From assembly GCA_040954595.2 (NCBI GenBank), contig CM082581.2, positions 10,601,099-10,665,098 on the forward strand: a DNA stretch of 64,000 nt, written 5' to 3'. Origin of the DNA: Balanoglossus misakiensis. Taxonomy: Eukaryota > Animalia > Hemichordata. Both the position numbers and the translations under genes were made by a program. The notes beneath the pieces are model-generated. The model was not told where the DNA came from. It did not search any database and saw only the letters and a list, made by a program, of their open reading frames with translations. Below, piece by piece: positions 40,440 to 61,461 of the stretch (positions are counted from its first letter, which is position 1; every line of letters starts with the position of its first letter).

Positions 40440-41513
40440 TGTTGTTGAAATGGTGATGAAAATCTGTAACATCGATAGGCAGAATTTGTATGAATAATTA
40501 TGAACATGAATTTTAAATTGAATGATGATTTTCTATTGCCTATTTGGTAAATACACAATGTACCATGCTTCAATTTGAACCAAGGAGTATTCTCAGAAAA
40601 TAGTTCTCATGGCATGCTGCACCTGTAAAACGAGTTTGTATGTAAGAATCACTACCAACCTGCCAGAAATGTGATACCTGCTTCAGATTCGATTGTCGGT
40701 GTGATGAGATTTCCCAGTGGAATGAAACATTCTTTTGTGAGTCATTAATTAACAGAAAAAATGACAAGCTGTTGCACTATCATTGTCATGAGCACATTGT
40801 ACGTGAGTCACTTAATTTTATGCTTTCACAAGATGTTACCATGAAAATTAATTGATTGTTAACGCCATCTCGCCAGTTATTCATCAAAACCATGTAATGT
40901 ACACTGTACGTTCAATCACTGCATATAATTATTGAAAACTTAGCTCATCAAATCCTCATGCACTTGCTAGTAATACTGTCAGTGAATTGTGTTGAAGACC
41001 ATTGATATAGTATGGGCAATTATTTATATGGGGGAGTCAACAGAAAAAACACACATAGTTTAGAGTGAAAGACATATTTATTTACAGTAAAATTTTTACA
41101 AACTTCATTTTTGTATAGGTATGGACGGGCGGGGTTCCACAACAGCAAATGTGTTTGATGTGAACGTTACATTGATATTCAGTCTTGGTATTCGCAAAAC
41201 CTTTTTGGGAAATTCTTTCTTAGTTACAAAGATATAAGCTGTACAAATATTACAAGTTATTTTTTGAACTGTAATATAGTTTACAGTTCTATTCACTTTC
41301 AAATGTACAGGCAGGATGGAGAAAGAAAACAAAAACAAAATTTCAATCAGACTGGTGTCTCAAAAGTAAGCATAAATTATCAAAATGTTAGATGTATATA
41401 TTCATCAAGTTTCTAGATCTGTTTCACGGAGTTCTTGCATGTTCTATTGTGATCATTCTCTCATTATAACCATCTTGACATTTTTTGTATGTCCCAATTG
41501 ACATCAGTTCCTC

Positions 41514-46690
<5,177 letters not shown>

Positions 46691-47250
46691 GGTTGACTGA
46701 AGTCGCCTTCGATGTAGGTATAGTATTCGGCAAAACAAAACTACGAGTATTTATTCCCTTGAATCAACTTCTCAGCTCCGAGTCCTCTATAATGATCTTG
46801 GATGAGCATCTGTGTAAACGGCTATCCATGCACAGAATCTTGATCTGTTTCGCCAAAATCAGGTTGTGTTCAAAACTTGGCGGCCATGTTCTCCGTTGCT
46901 AGGTAGTCCCTTTCCAAAGCATTGTGGGTAAATTGAAATTAACTTATCTTTTAAGAATTTTCATACTTTGTCTCACTTAAGGTTCCTTAAATGATATTTA
47001 ACGGGTAATGGGTGCATATAATAGCTCAAACACCGGACTTATTGTTTCCAGAGTTGAAAAAGTATTGTTTTAACATGGTGATATGTTTTCAAATAGTCAA
47101 CCCGGAAGTGGATGCCACTGTTTATAAGCAACCAAGGGTCATTGATTGAATAGCGATCAACTGGATGGGCATTTGTTTCTAGGTATCGTAATGTCGTGAT
47201 ATTTTTAGCACCAGCCATCGTTCATCCGTCAGATCTCCACAACTATCAAT
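46691..47250. promoter_or_regulatory. Putative bidirectional promoter ENO4/ANKRD53
   Basis: Divergent ATGs ~560 bp apart. YY1-like GCGGCCATGTT (~46880), RFX X-box-like GTTGCTAGGTAG (~46896) and ETS CCGGAAGTG (~47102). Confidence 0.6.
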
Positions 47251-50134
47251 ATGGAAATATCGGATTCAGGACCGACAGCTGAGGCTGAATCGGCCGCAGC
47301 CCAGCAGAGTAAGCCACATGTAGCAAAGGGTAAACGTGTCGGGCTACCGGGCTCGGCGGAGAGACCTCGTCTGGTCAGGAAAAACTCCAAACTGGAAAGC
47401 GACGAATACATGGCCGCAGCGATCGGCGACACTGCTTGGCTAAAACAAAGTTTACGTGATGGGAGAGACCCGACAAAATATGACAAAAACGTAAGTCAAA
47501 ACGAGCATGTTGTTACTTTTTTTTAATTCTTATACATTGTACATTACAGCAACATGTAGTCATTTATCACAATCACAATGCTTGTAAGTTGCATGGGAGG
47601 CAGTCAACCGTCACAGTTTATATTGGCACACCATAATGTAAAGTGCATGCCTTCACGCACATTAACGTTTCCTATAGTGCTGGGCGTTTAGATTCTTTTA
47701 AGTTGATTTATTGTCAGAAAGAAAGAATCATCACAGTGTGCTGGGAGGGGTTTGACAGCTGTGAATTATTCAATACACTAATATCAACTGCAACAAGATA
47801 CATATGATGAGATATGATATGATATGTGAGGGTATGTTACTGTCACTTGTGTGGGATTGTATGACAAAAGTTGTCTCATACTAATGAATTTACTTCAACC
47901 ATATTGACTTGCAGGGGCTTGCTGCAATTCATTTAGCAGCATTACATGGTCGCCTGGAAAGCCTGAAGCTACTCATAGAGAAATATGGCGTTGATATTAA
48001 TTTGTCCAGCAATACGGGATGGCGGGCTATTCACCTTGCAATAAACAACAGAACTGGCAAACGGGCATTCCAGTGTGTGGAATACTTATTACAGAAAGGA
48101 GCAGATCCTTCTGTGTAAGTCAAGTCTTATCAAATACTCAGCTTTTGATTTTCTTTTCTTTTCGAAGAACATCTTGCAAACACATTAATGGCAAATGTTA
48201 TTAAATAAATGTATCCATAGTTGCCAAAAGTATGTAACTAATTAAGATTAGATTTAATACCTTTAAAGTTCCCCTTTGGAAAAATTACACCCACCAGCTG
48301 ATAAAAACAGTTTTAGTGTTATCTGGTGATAAGAAAGATTTTTGAATTTTTATTCCTTATTTTCTTCTCAGGTTTAACGATGATGATCTAACCCCTGCTC
48401 ACCAAGCTGCCATTGAAGGAACTGTGAAATGTCTGGAGGCAGTGACCAAAGCAGGAGGTCTTATTAACACCAGAGATGTCAAAGGTCATCTGCCGATCGA
48501 TTACGCAAAGCTCTGGGGCAACAGAGAATGTGCCAGGTAAATTTTGCATGTGTGTGTGCACATACAGATTAAATTCCTGGACTGGACTAGCCAGTTAAAT
48601 TCATGCAATATGCCAGATGATTTAATATCAAACCTGGAGACCACTATGAAAAACTGCAGATTACAAATTACTTTGTTTTGTCTACGATAGCACTGTATCT
48701 CAGAAATGTGCCAGTGCTTTAAGTACAGCATGCTTGTGTTGCTATGGAGGTGAGCTTAGTGTCCACGGACCTTAGTCCGCCGTTTGATACATTGCCAACA
48801 TGCTGCTCTATTGAACCGTTAATAGTTCTTACAGGGGATGAAATGTAAACCCTTCATCTTTTCAGTGTTGTCTCGTTCGGGATGTAGTGTGTAAACCCTC
48901 CCATTGCTTAAGGGTTGCCCTTCGGCCTTGTTGGCACTCCGCTATTGTGCTGCTCCCCATGAATGCTTGTTCATCTGAATGTAATTATTATCCCGTCTTA
49001 GTATGTTAGAGCTTACATTAAGTGAATGGGGGAACGTTCCACTAAGGTAGTTTGTGTTGCTGCTGGACTTGTATTTGTTTTTTTAATCCACTGTTGCTGC
49101 ATTTTATTCACTTCTGTCTGGTTTCGGACGGCAACACAGTTTGTGTATTGTTGTTTTGTCTGGGCATAACAAACCAATATTTCTTTCTTTTTTATTACAG
49201 GATTTTGACCACTGAAATGTGGAAACAGGAGAAGGAACAAGAGGCTGTAGAAATGGACAGATTGGTCTTATTGAAGCTAATACAAGACGAAGAGAATGAG
49301 CGAGAGATGGAAATCAAGAAATCCGAGAGAAAAGACAAGGCCGATGAGGCATTCGGCAGCTGGCTCGGCAGGAAACATTTGCCAAAGCAGCCTGCCAAGT
49401 CTACTGCGTTGGTGAAGAAAGAACCCAAAAAGCCAAAGAAAGCTCAGGGCAAAGCCCAACCTCAGGAGACCCTGTATCAGCCAAATAGTGCAGTGAGGCA
49501 AGACGGCAAGAGCACAGATACTGACGGCCGCATAAAGGTCTGGAATCGGAGGGAGCCGAAAGCCCTGAAACCGATCGACGAGGAGAATAAAGCTCCTCAC
49601 AGACAGGCACGGCCGCCACTGGCTCCTCAGAAACTCACCCCATTGGCCATTCAAGACTCTAGGCAGGTGGCTCTGCAGGAAGAAGGTGCCGATTCAGAGT
49701 ACAGTGATGGGTCGTTGCCGAATCTACCGGACGAGATCATCGACAGGGTTCTGTCAGGCAAGCAGAACCCACACGACAGGCCACTAGTCTTCAAATGTAA
49801 GAATATCATTGACGTACAGCAGAAACGTTTTCCGCCGGTCGAGAAACGCCCACAGAGCGAAGTTTACATGCATCTCTCCCACGACATCTCCTCGAATCTG
49901 TACCCGAGCAATGCCCACGTTCTACTACGATCTTTAAGTACTAGTACATCTTCCCACTCGTCCGCCAATAGTAAACACCTTCGTACCAGATCGGCACCAG
50001 ATGGGTCATCACTGAACAGTTATGACAGGCAGAGGATAACCACCATGATGAAACAGCTGACCAAAAACCCCAAGCGATTTCCTGACATCAGAGGGCCTGA
50101 ATACGAATTTACTTTCAAAATGAAAGCCGTTTAA
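47251..50134 (+). CDS. ANKRD53: Ankyrin repeat domain protein 53, 4 exons
   Basis: Exons at about 47251-47490, 47914-48114, 48372-48536 and 49201-50134. EYMAAAIGDTAWL, GLAAIHLAALHGRLESLKLLIEKY, CVEYLLQKGADP and PIDYAKLWGNRECARILTTEMWK resemble recalled human ANKRD53, and the gene is adjacent to TEX261 as in human. Confidence 0.85.
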
Positions 50135-51522
50135 AGTTGCCAAGTTTACAATTTTTTCAACATCACAAGATGTTCAAGATATAGCTGTATGTCAGGGATT
50201 CTGTATGGTAGTGATTTTTAACTATAACAAAGAGAGATGAACATTTTGCAATTCGACCTGTTACGTTTGCAATACTTGAATCCAAACTACAGTACGGGCA
50301 GATATATATATATTGGCTGCAAAATGGATAACCAGATTTCCCTTTAGGTATTCACAGGTGATAATATATGAAAAAATATTCCAATACAAGCAAAGTTATA
50401 TTCTCGTTTTTTCCTACTGCCTTCCTGAGAAATCCAAATTTGTTCTTCCACCTCATACTAGTATATGCGATCCTCATTTCAATTTGTAAAACAATTTTCA
50501 CATGATTTGCCAAAAAATGTGTCAAATTATAGTGTCAACTCCACCATAAGAAGACAATTGTGCCATTCGATTTCTTGCATTTTGCAAAATATAAGTTTGT
50601 AATTGATACCAAGGTAGTTCTGACAGCCCATAGATGTTGGCAGTTATAGGACACACCCTAACACTAACCTAAACTAACCCTGAAATGAAATGTGCTTCTG
50701 TTGATCATGAACTATCAACAAAACGCAACTCTGAAAATATGACTTGAAAACTTTTATGTGGTGAGTTGTCAGCTAGATGCTGGATTAATGTGTGCTAGTT
50801 GCTTCCAGTTTAGTTTTGGTATGCTGTAAATATTTTGATACTTTCTTTTACACCAATAAACATATTTCCACAAGTCAGACATTTTTTATTTACCAAAAAA
50901 AAAAGGTTTTATTGCATGCATTTAAAATACACCTCTATGCAATCTGTAAACAGCTGAACAGACTTTGCTGGCTTGGATAGTAAGATACACAAAGATTGTA
51001 ATAACCATCACTGTGGCCCTGCAAAGTTTTGTACACTGCGGTTGAACATTTTATTTTTTTACACCTGGCTGATCAAAGTGACAAGCATTACTATGAAATC
51101 TCAATACAGATATTATTGCATGTATTACAGAATAACTTACTACAGACATTTAATTTAAGATGTGTTTTTGTTGTTGAAAAATATGGAACAAAAGAAATAA
51201 TTTGGCATACTCATGGAATAGTTGATAGGTTTGTTATGTTGAATGTAAGTAGGGGAACCTCCCATACTTGTATACAAAACAAATCTTAAAACTAAAACAT
51301 CGTTGAATTTTCCAATCCCTCATTGCAAAATGCATCCAATGTAAATAACTAACCACCTCCCCAACCCTCTTCACCTCTGCAGTTTGGTACAACCCTACTG
51401 GTTTCAATGGCATGGTGGTGCCCATTTATAAAGAATAGGGGTGCTTGACCGTACACTGGGAGGACAGCAGATCAACGTTGACAGTTCACTTGGCTTGGTA
51501 AGTTTGCACGTACGGGAATTGA

Positions 51523-53962
<2,440 letters not shown>

Positions 53963-54447
53963 TTTTTGTTTTGCTCTTCTTTTCTCGGCGATGCAATGAT
54001 GGGGAATTCCAAAATGGCAACGTCTCACTTTCCGTCGATAGAGGGCGTGTTAGGGTGGCAGGGTCTATATATTTGTTGAGGCGTCGGGCGGCTGGGTCAG
54101 ATTAGCTTGTTTGATCTTCCCATCAATTTCAAAGCTGTGACGCTGGCAAAAAGTTTTACTTCCTCAGTTGATTCACAATTAATACTATTTTCTTACGTTT
54201 TACTGTGTTTTGACTCACTTTTCAGTCCGTAGGCATTCTATCGACAAGTGCATCGTGCGGTTGTGGGGAGCGACGGAACCTATGAGCGAATGGAATTGCC
54301 CTTCGCAATATATTACATGTAAACTTGCCTTAGGTCATCGAGATAGGCTTGGTGGTGGAGTCAGTCATGGACTGGGATCCACCGAAAAATCTTGTATGAA
54401 CGAAATCTCCGTCATGTTATGCGGGGATCTTAGATCAGTTGAAAGAG
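53963..54447. promoter_or_regulatory. Putative bidirectional promoter / 5' UTR region between TEX261 and neuralized
   Basis: Divergent ATGs ~490 bp apart, CpG-richer sequence, and YY1-like AAAATGGC at ~54011. Confidence 0.5.
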
Positions 54448-57400
54448 ATGGGCCAGTCTTCGAGCAACAATCACTCGAACAGCAGAGGTAAGTCTATAAA
54501 TCGTTTCATTCGACGCAGTAAAATGAAGCTGTGTTCTAGTGGTTTGTTCGCCCGTGGATAGCGCCTATTCAAGCATTTGTTGACTTTAGTTTCTAGCTTG
54601 CCTGCCAGTCAGCTGGTGTCTGCTACCACGGTCCATGAGTTAGGCGCGTGTTGAATGATCGAGAACTTTCATAGATATCGTTTTAACCCGCATTTAGGAG
54701 TGTTCTTTAGAGGACAGACTACCTGGGTATCGCCATATGACTCATGTATTCTCAGATGTAACCGCAAGATGCACAAGTAGAAGTAGAACGGGAATCACAA
54801 AAGAGCACATACCAAACCTCACATGCGCTATACATTCCATGATGAAGGGCTATTGACGCTGTCAGATTCGATTGTTTGAGGACAACAGACATTGTTCTGT
54901 GCGGTATTTATAAATTCGGTGCAGAGGTATACTCTGCCAACATTTCAATATTATCAGAACCCTGAAACCCAGTTATATTTCAAGGTGTAGTCTACACTGT
55001 GATGAGAAGTTGTCAGGACTGCGAACAACAAATTCAAACAATTACCTGGACCACACCTGGTGTACAGTATTGCAAAAGCAATTGTTTTCAGTTTTGTTTA
55101 AAATAGCTAAAGGCCATAGTTTGCTTGACACGAGTCACATTGGAGAAACACGTGTATTTACGTGTGTAAATAAGTACTGGTTCTGTAATATGTCAATTTC
55201 ATGTCATGAATATTATATTATTTTCAAGAGGAATTGAAAGAGGTCCTGACAAAAATGAAATATTGAATCAATAAAAAAAATTGAGGGTTTTTACTTCATA
55301 ACAACCTCTCACCTGATGATGGCCAAACCCTAAAAATAAATCCAACAATAGGTTTTTATATGTGGGCCATGAGCATATATCCTGTGACCATGGTATGATA
55401 CATATTCACATTGATTATCATAATATTCATTGTCTTTGGGCAGGGAAGTACGGTTTAAGATCAAAGGACCTTTTTTGGTAAATTCCGGGCTAGCCCAGTG
55501 TTAAGGCTTTGTTATAGTGGTGCTTAAATTGCTAGCATTCAATAAACCAAACTGGGCAATATCCTGTGCTATTATTTATTTGGTTGTTTGCTAACAGTCA
55601 TAGTGAAAATTAGGTACTAACTGGGCAAACCTTGGTATCTGTTTATTACACTGGGGAAAGAACATCAATACATGTATATGATACAAAAATATTTGTCAAT
55701 CCTACTAACTGAGGTAAAATCTACAAATATTTATAAGTACAGTAATTGTTAGCTATATAGGTGAAATGGCAGTGTCAGACATCCAGGAATTCCATTCACA
55801 GATCTACTATTAAAATGTCGTAAATTTTCTATGCTCACTGACATTTGTCCTTCCACAACTCTTAGTGATGTAGCACCCGACTGAATGACTAGACAATAGA
55901 AAGACCCTATGCTCTCACAATATCAATCAACAGTGAAGTGGCAACATGCCACAACACAGGAAAAAAAAATCACTTACATTTCATGGACCAGTGAACTTAT
56001 GCACATGCATGTGACTGCTCAATGCACTATTTATTTTGAACTACTGACTCACCCATGTCAGGCCTGATGAAATACTCACATTACATTTGTACACATCTCA
56101 GTTACAAAGAGCCAAGCTCCGCGTGTAATAATTTCATATACTGCTTCAATCAGGAATGCAGCTATAAACAAGGAGCTATCACAGTGGGTAAAAAAAGTGT
56201 CTATGTTCATTTTCATATCAACTTCCATAATCTTAAATTAATCTGAAGTCTTGGCAGTTTCTGGCCACTTATAGTTTTAGTATTGTTTACTTTTCTGTCA
56301 AAAACTGAGTCATCTGACAGGCGTGGCATAGGTACATTGTAACCTACATGTACTACCGGTATTTGAGTTGCTGGAGATGAACAATTGTGCTCTGTAAATT
56401 CGTTTGGTATGAATGTTGTGTTTTCACTTATTTTACCATACCTTAATTAAGCCTTGTTTTTCTATTGTTTAGGTGGATCAGGTCGTAGTCAAGATAGGGT
56501 TACAGCAGGGTCAACGACACCCCAGCGAAGCCACAGTAACCGTGGCAACAGTTCATCACCATCCTATAACTCCCGCGGACCCTTACAGTTTCACAGTTTT
56601 CACGGGAGTAACATTATACTTTCGCCAGATGGCAAATCAGCACGCAGGAACGGCAGCTTCTGCAACGCCATTGTGTTTACCAGCAGGCCGGTGAAATGCA
56701 TGGAGAAAGTCTGCATCAAGTTCACAGACACCACAACCAATTGGAGCGGCGTGGTGAGGTTCGGCTACACGAATCGAAACCCGGACGAGATGGGTAGCGC
56801 CATGCTGCCGCGGTACGCCTGCCCCGACCTGACCAGTCGGCCGGGATTCTGGGCCAAAGCGCTGGGAGAAGGCTATGCAGAGAGAAACAATGTGCTTTGT
56901 TTTTGGGTGAACAGGCAAGGGGAAGTGGTGTACACAATAAACAATGACAGTAAAGGCATTTTCTTCAACGATGTTGACATCAATGAGCCGTTGTGGGGAC
57001 TCATGGATATCTATGGCAACAGTGTCGAAGTTCGTTTGATTGGTAAGTTTCTGATACCAGCGGTTTTTTGTCATGGCATGGTACATCACAGGTTTCCACA
57101 TGTTTGTGTAAATACACTTACTACCATGATGTATTGATGGGTGTGGTGCCTTGATGCTTTTGACACCCCTGATGTTATTTACTGACAGCACTCAAATCAT
57201 AAGTAAGGGAAATTTTGTACACAGTCATATTTTCTTGTCAGTATCCTAACAATGCCCAAGTTATGTTCATGATAGTATTTGGCTTGAATCATCATTCCAG
57301 GGTGAAATATGGTCCTGATATGACAGGCCCTTTAACTTGCCCTCACCGCATGATGTGGACCTTATAATCAACATGACCAATTTGTGATTCATGTTTATAA

Positions 57401-60400
57401 TTACACATTCCCACTGCTGAGAGATGGGTGGTGCCTGGTTACCTACTCTGTAGAAACAACCAAATACACTATTAGCAATGGAGTTTTAAGTGTCGGTAAT
57501 TAGGTCACTTCCTGTCTTTAATAATATGCTGGCCAAATGAGGATGGTTTCTCCTGATGCAATCTGGGTTATGTTTTATGTAAGCACTAAACGTGTGGCAG
57601 GGCAGCCCAATACATAGCATATAATGCTAGTTTATGTCTCTGTGTAGAAACCATAAACCTTAGCTGAAATTACCCCTCCCAACTGTTCACTGCAATTCCC
57701 GTGATATCACAAATGACCCACTTATGTGCTGTACGTACTGTTTCAGTTTTACAATACCTGTTAAAATTTCTTCACAGCAAAGCATGCTTGAAAAGAAACA
57801 CTGATTTTTTTAAGAGTCAACAATTGAACTCTTAAGTATTTTGATGAATCAGTCATGCGTGCATAACAATTCAGATCCACAGTAGCTCTTAGCACATACT
57901 TCACGCTCTTGATTCATGCAGCTAAGTTTCCCACAGGAAAAAAAAGAAGCAAGGCTTTCAGATCTTTGTTGATGGAAGTTTCACTTCTGTTCTGGAAATT
58001 TCAATTGTAAAAAAAACTCAACTTCAAATGCAGGAAGTCAAGTTGCACTGCTGTGCTTCTGTTGGGGCTGACTGATAGACATATGAAACATGATGTGAAA
58101 ATGCAGGTTAATATTGAGCCTCATGATGTCGGACACTCGATAACTGAACCTAAAAATAAATCTCCAGCAAAGATAGCCTGTTAAGTTCTGTCATACCAGC
58201 GCAATGCAAGGTCACCCACATACCACTTTGACATGACCTCTGTCGTCCAACTGCAAACAATATTGTGTTTTCGAAATTGTTGGCCGACCACGACATCATG
58301 TAAACGTTTTCAGGCGTAATGTGTTACTCAGGATGTTATGTCTTTTCGGCTCTTTTGCCGTGTCATTTTATTGGGAATGGGATGTAATTATTTTTCAGCT
58401 GCTGCTCTAGTGTGCTTTGAGACAGACCTTTGATTACACATGTACAGGGTAGATCAATAGCAGTCAACATTTATGTGCCCCAGGGTACATTAGAAGTTAA
58501 TTAAACAAATGAAATTAAAGTCACCCCAGACTGTGTTAAGTAAAGTCTAGTGTCACATGTTTGCCGACAATATAAATAATTCTGATATTGTGACTTTTTT
58601 TGATTTCGTAAGGTAACCTTGAAATATTCTAAATAACTTGTAGATTGCAGCTTCTGATAAGCAAACAAGATTACGCGTAAATTTGAAGGCATGTCACTCT
58701 GTGATTTGAATCATTCTGAGAGAGGTTGCGAGTTTCACGCAGACTATAAAATGAAAATGGCGAACCCTGTTTTAATTTTTAATGTTGTGTCGAGTCAACC
58801 TTGATAGAATATGAAAAATATCTAGAGGACAGGTATTGTAATTAAAGTGTCCCTGATGTGCGTTCTGTTGCGTTGACATGGTGAAAACCATTTATAGAGG
58901 AATTTTAGGGTACCTGGTATGTATAAAATATGAATGTACATGTATCTTTATGTGAACTTAAAAGTGAGAGTGCAGATACACACACTAATGAAATTGATAG
59001 GGTCCCCAGGCAAAACTGTAATACCTTTACGCTTAGTTAGCCCCCCTTTCTGCTAATTAAATCTAAGCCGTGGATAATCTTAGATGTGATAGATTTAGAC
59101 GAATACCTGCTGGTATTCATGACTCGAGACTGCACTGACTTTTCAACTCAATTAAGATGCCAACAGCCGACATGTGACTTGGAATTCTCAGTCACTGAAC
59201 GGGGAATGTGTGGCCTGTTCTAAGAAGTTATCTCTTACTGCATGCATTACAGTGTATGTATTACCACGCTGTATCCATTGGATGATATGGTACATGGAAT
59301 AAAATTATTATTAAATGCATTACAGGGAGCCAGCTGCTTGTCTCCAATTCTAGACCTTGACCTTGGCAAAATAGTTATTTGTGATGTCAATTTTTGGGGG
59401 CGGTGCCAGCTAAAGTAGATTGCAAATTAGATTTAATGAAGAGACAGTCTAGTCCAAAATAACACAAACAGTAAGAACCTTGCATAACCCGGGTATCTCA
59501 TCTGTGTATTTGAGTGCAATGAACCTCTCCCGTGGACGGGAATAGACTCCGGAATGGACTCTCGTGGTAATTGCTTGCCGGGTATTATGCAGTGCTGGCA
59601 CAATGGGAATGCCGAGATAGATGGATTGCCGCTTTCCGTGGGAGTTCTCAGCCGTCATGTCCCGTTCACCAATGAATGATAAATTAGAGTCTTAATGTGG
59701 TCTTGACCTTTTCCATCCCACCCTGGAGCCATTGTTACTGCAGAGCAGACAGTTCATCGAAACTCAGAAGGTTGTCACTCAGTCTATTGAAGTCTCAGGG
59801 GAGACCGTATCTGAAATGTCAAGGTCTTCTTTGTCACAAAAGCAGACACAATCATACATCAACGTCATGTTGTGGTCTCATATCAGTTTCAAAAATGCAG
59901 GTCGACAGTGTAGCCTTCGACAGTACTGTATTCCTATAAATAAATTCTGTCTTGCCTGTACATGTATAGCAAGTAGATGTGGGTCTTTAAATCTTTTTGA
60001 CTCTTTTTATTTCAGAACCACCAGAGCACATAGATGATGACAGAGCTGTCAATGAAACCAACGACAATACCATGGCAATACCGGTCGCGTCCAGACTTGC
60101 GGCTTTGGACGTGGATTCCGACAGCTCCCACAGCAGCATCAGCTCCTTCCTGCACGCCCACGAGAGCTTCATCACCCGGGAGAGAAACCTGGCCGCCATT
60201 CCGGGCTTGCAGCCGCTGCCCTTCCACGAAATCTGCGGCATGAACGTGGTGCTCGACCCCGCCCGAACTCAGGCGCGGAGAATCGACGGCGAATTTCAGA
60301 ACAGTGTAGTCTTCCTCAGTCGTCCCATCCACATTGGCGAACTGGTGATCGTCGAGGTCTTGGAGACCACCGCCCGCTACCTGGGCTGCTTGACCATCGG

Positions 60401-61461
60401 CGTCACCACGTGCGATCCCGCGGTCATATCGCCGGCGGTTCTGCCCGATGACTCGGAGGATTTTTACGATAGACAGGAATACTGGGCGCTCAGTAAGGAC
60501 ATATCGTTGCCCGATGTGGGCGACCAACTCAGTTTTGTCATAAACTCAGAGGGGGAGTTGCATTACCATGAAAACGGAGTCCATCGGAGAGTTCTCATGC
60601 ACGTTGATGCTTCCCAACCTCTCTGGGTCCTCTTTGAAATCTATGGCAGCACCCAGAAAATCAAAAGTCTTGGTAAGTCTTATTTTAATTTCAGAGCTAA
60701 CAACACTTTTATGGATGTGAGCTGATCCAGGATGTGGACGTTGTAACGATATACTACTGATACTGTAATCGTGGGGATACACCTGATTTGCATGTACCAT
60801 GTGTGGAACTGTGATTTCATTCATGTCTGGGGAAATCCCAGGAAAAAACAGATCATATGATAATGAGCAGTACATGTAGCCTACCAGACCTACAATGTAA
60901 TGTATCCTGATGCATGTATGAGAGTCTGAATGAGTAATGCATACTATATATAAAATAAGCCTGGGCTTATGGTAGGTCATCTTGTACTCAGACTCAGATC
61001 TTACCGCCTGTATATCCTTCGGTAACACGTGGTTGCTAAGAACATATCTTGTTTTTTTGTACACAGGTGTTGTACCAGTCAGTTCCACTTTGAGGGCCAA
61101 CACTCAGAACATGGCAAGCTCCCTGTCCGGAGAGTTTGGAGACGTGAGCCCTCAGTTCCACAGAGCCAGTACGTGTGGGGACGAGGAAGACGATTTACAC
61201 CTCAATTTAGCTTCTGAAGCCGCCTATGGTGCTAGCAACACGGCTGCAACCACGACGACGACAACAACTCCCGGTTCTGTGCAGAGGAACCCTGAAGAGT
61301 GCGTGATCTGTTACGATAGACGCGTGGACACCGTCATTTACACTTGTGGGCACATGTGCTTGTGTTATTCCTGTGGGAAGAAACTGAAGCAGCAAGTAGG
61401 AGCAGTCTGTCCGATTTGCCGGGCGGTCATCCGAGACGTCATCAAGACGTACAAGGCATGA
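54448..61461 (+). CDS. neur: Neuralized E3 ubiquitin ligase (2 NHR domains + C3HC4 RING), 4 exons
   Basis: Exons 54448-54487 (MGQSSS, a myristoylation motif), 56473-57042 (NHR1: FHSFHGSNI...[13 protein letters not shown]...[19 protein letters not shown]), 60018-60672 (NHR2) and 61067-61461 (ECVICYD...[12 protein letters not shown]...[15 protein letters not shown]). Confidence 0.95.

Noticed and set aside
50655-50682. Degenerate CCCTAA-like run in the ANKRD53 3' region
   Set aside because: Too short and degenerate, with no TIR or TSD.
59732-59900. Coding-looking ORF in neuralized intron 2 as an alternative exon
   Set aside because: The nearby AG gives a stop in the phase required by the flanking exons, and there is no convincing donor.
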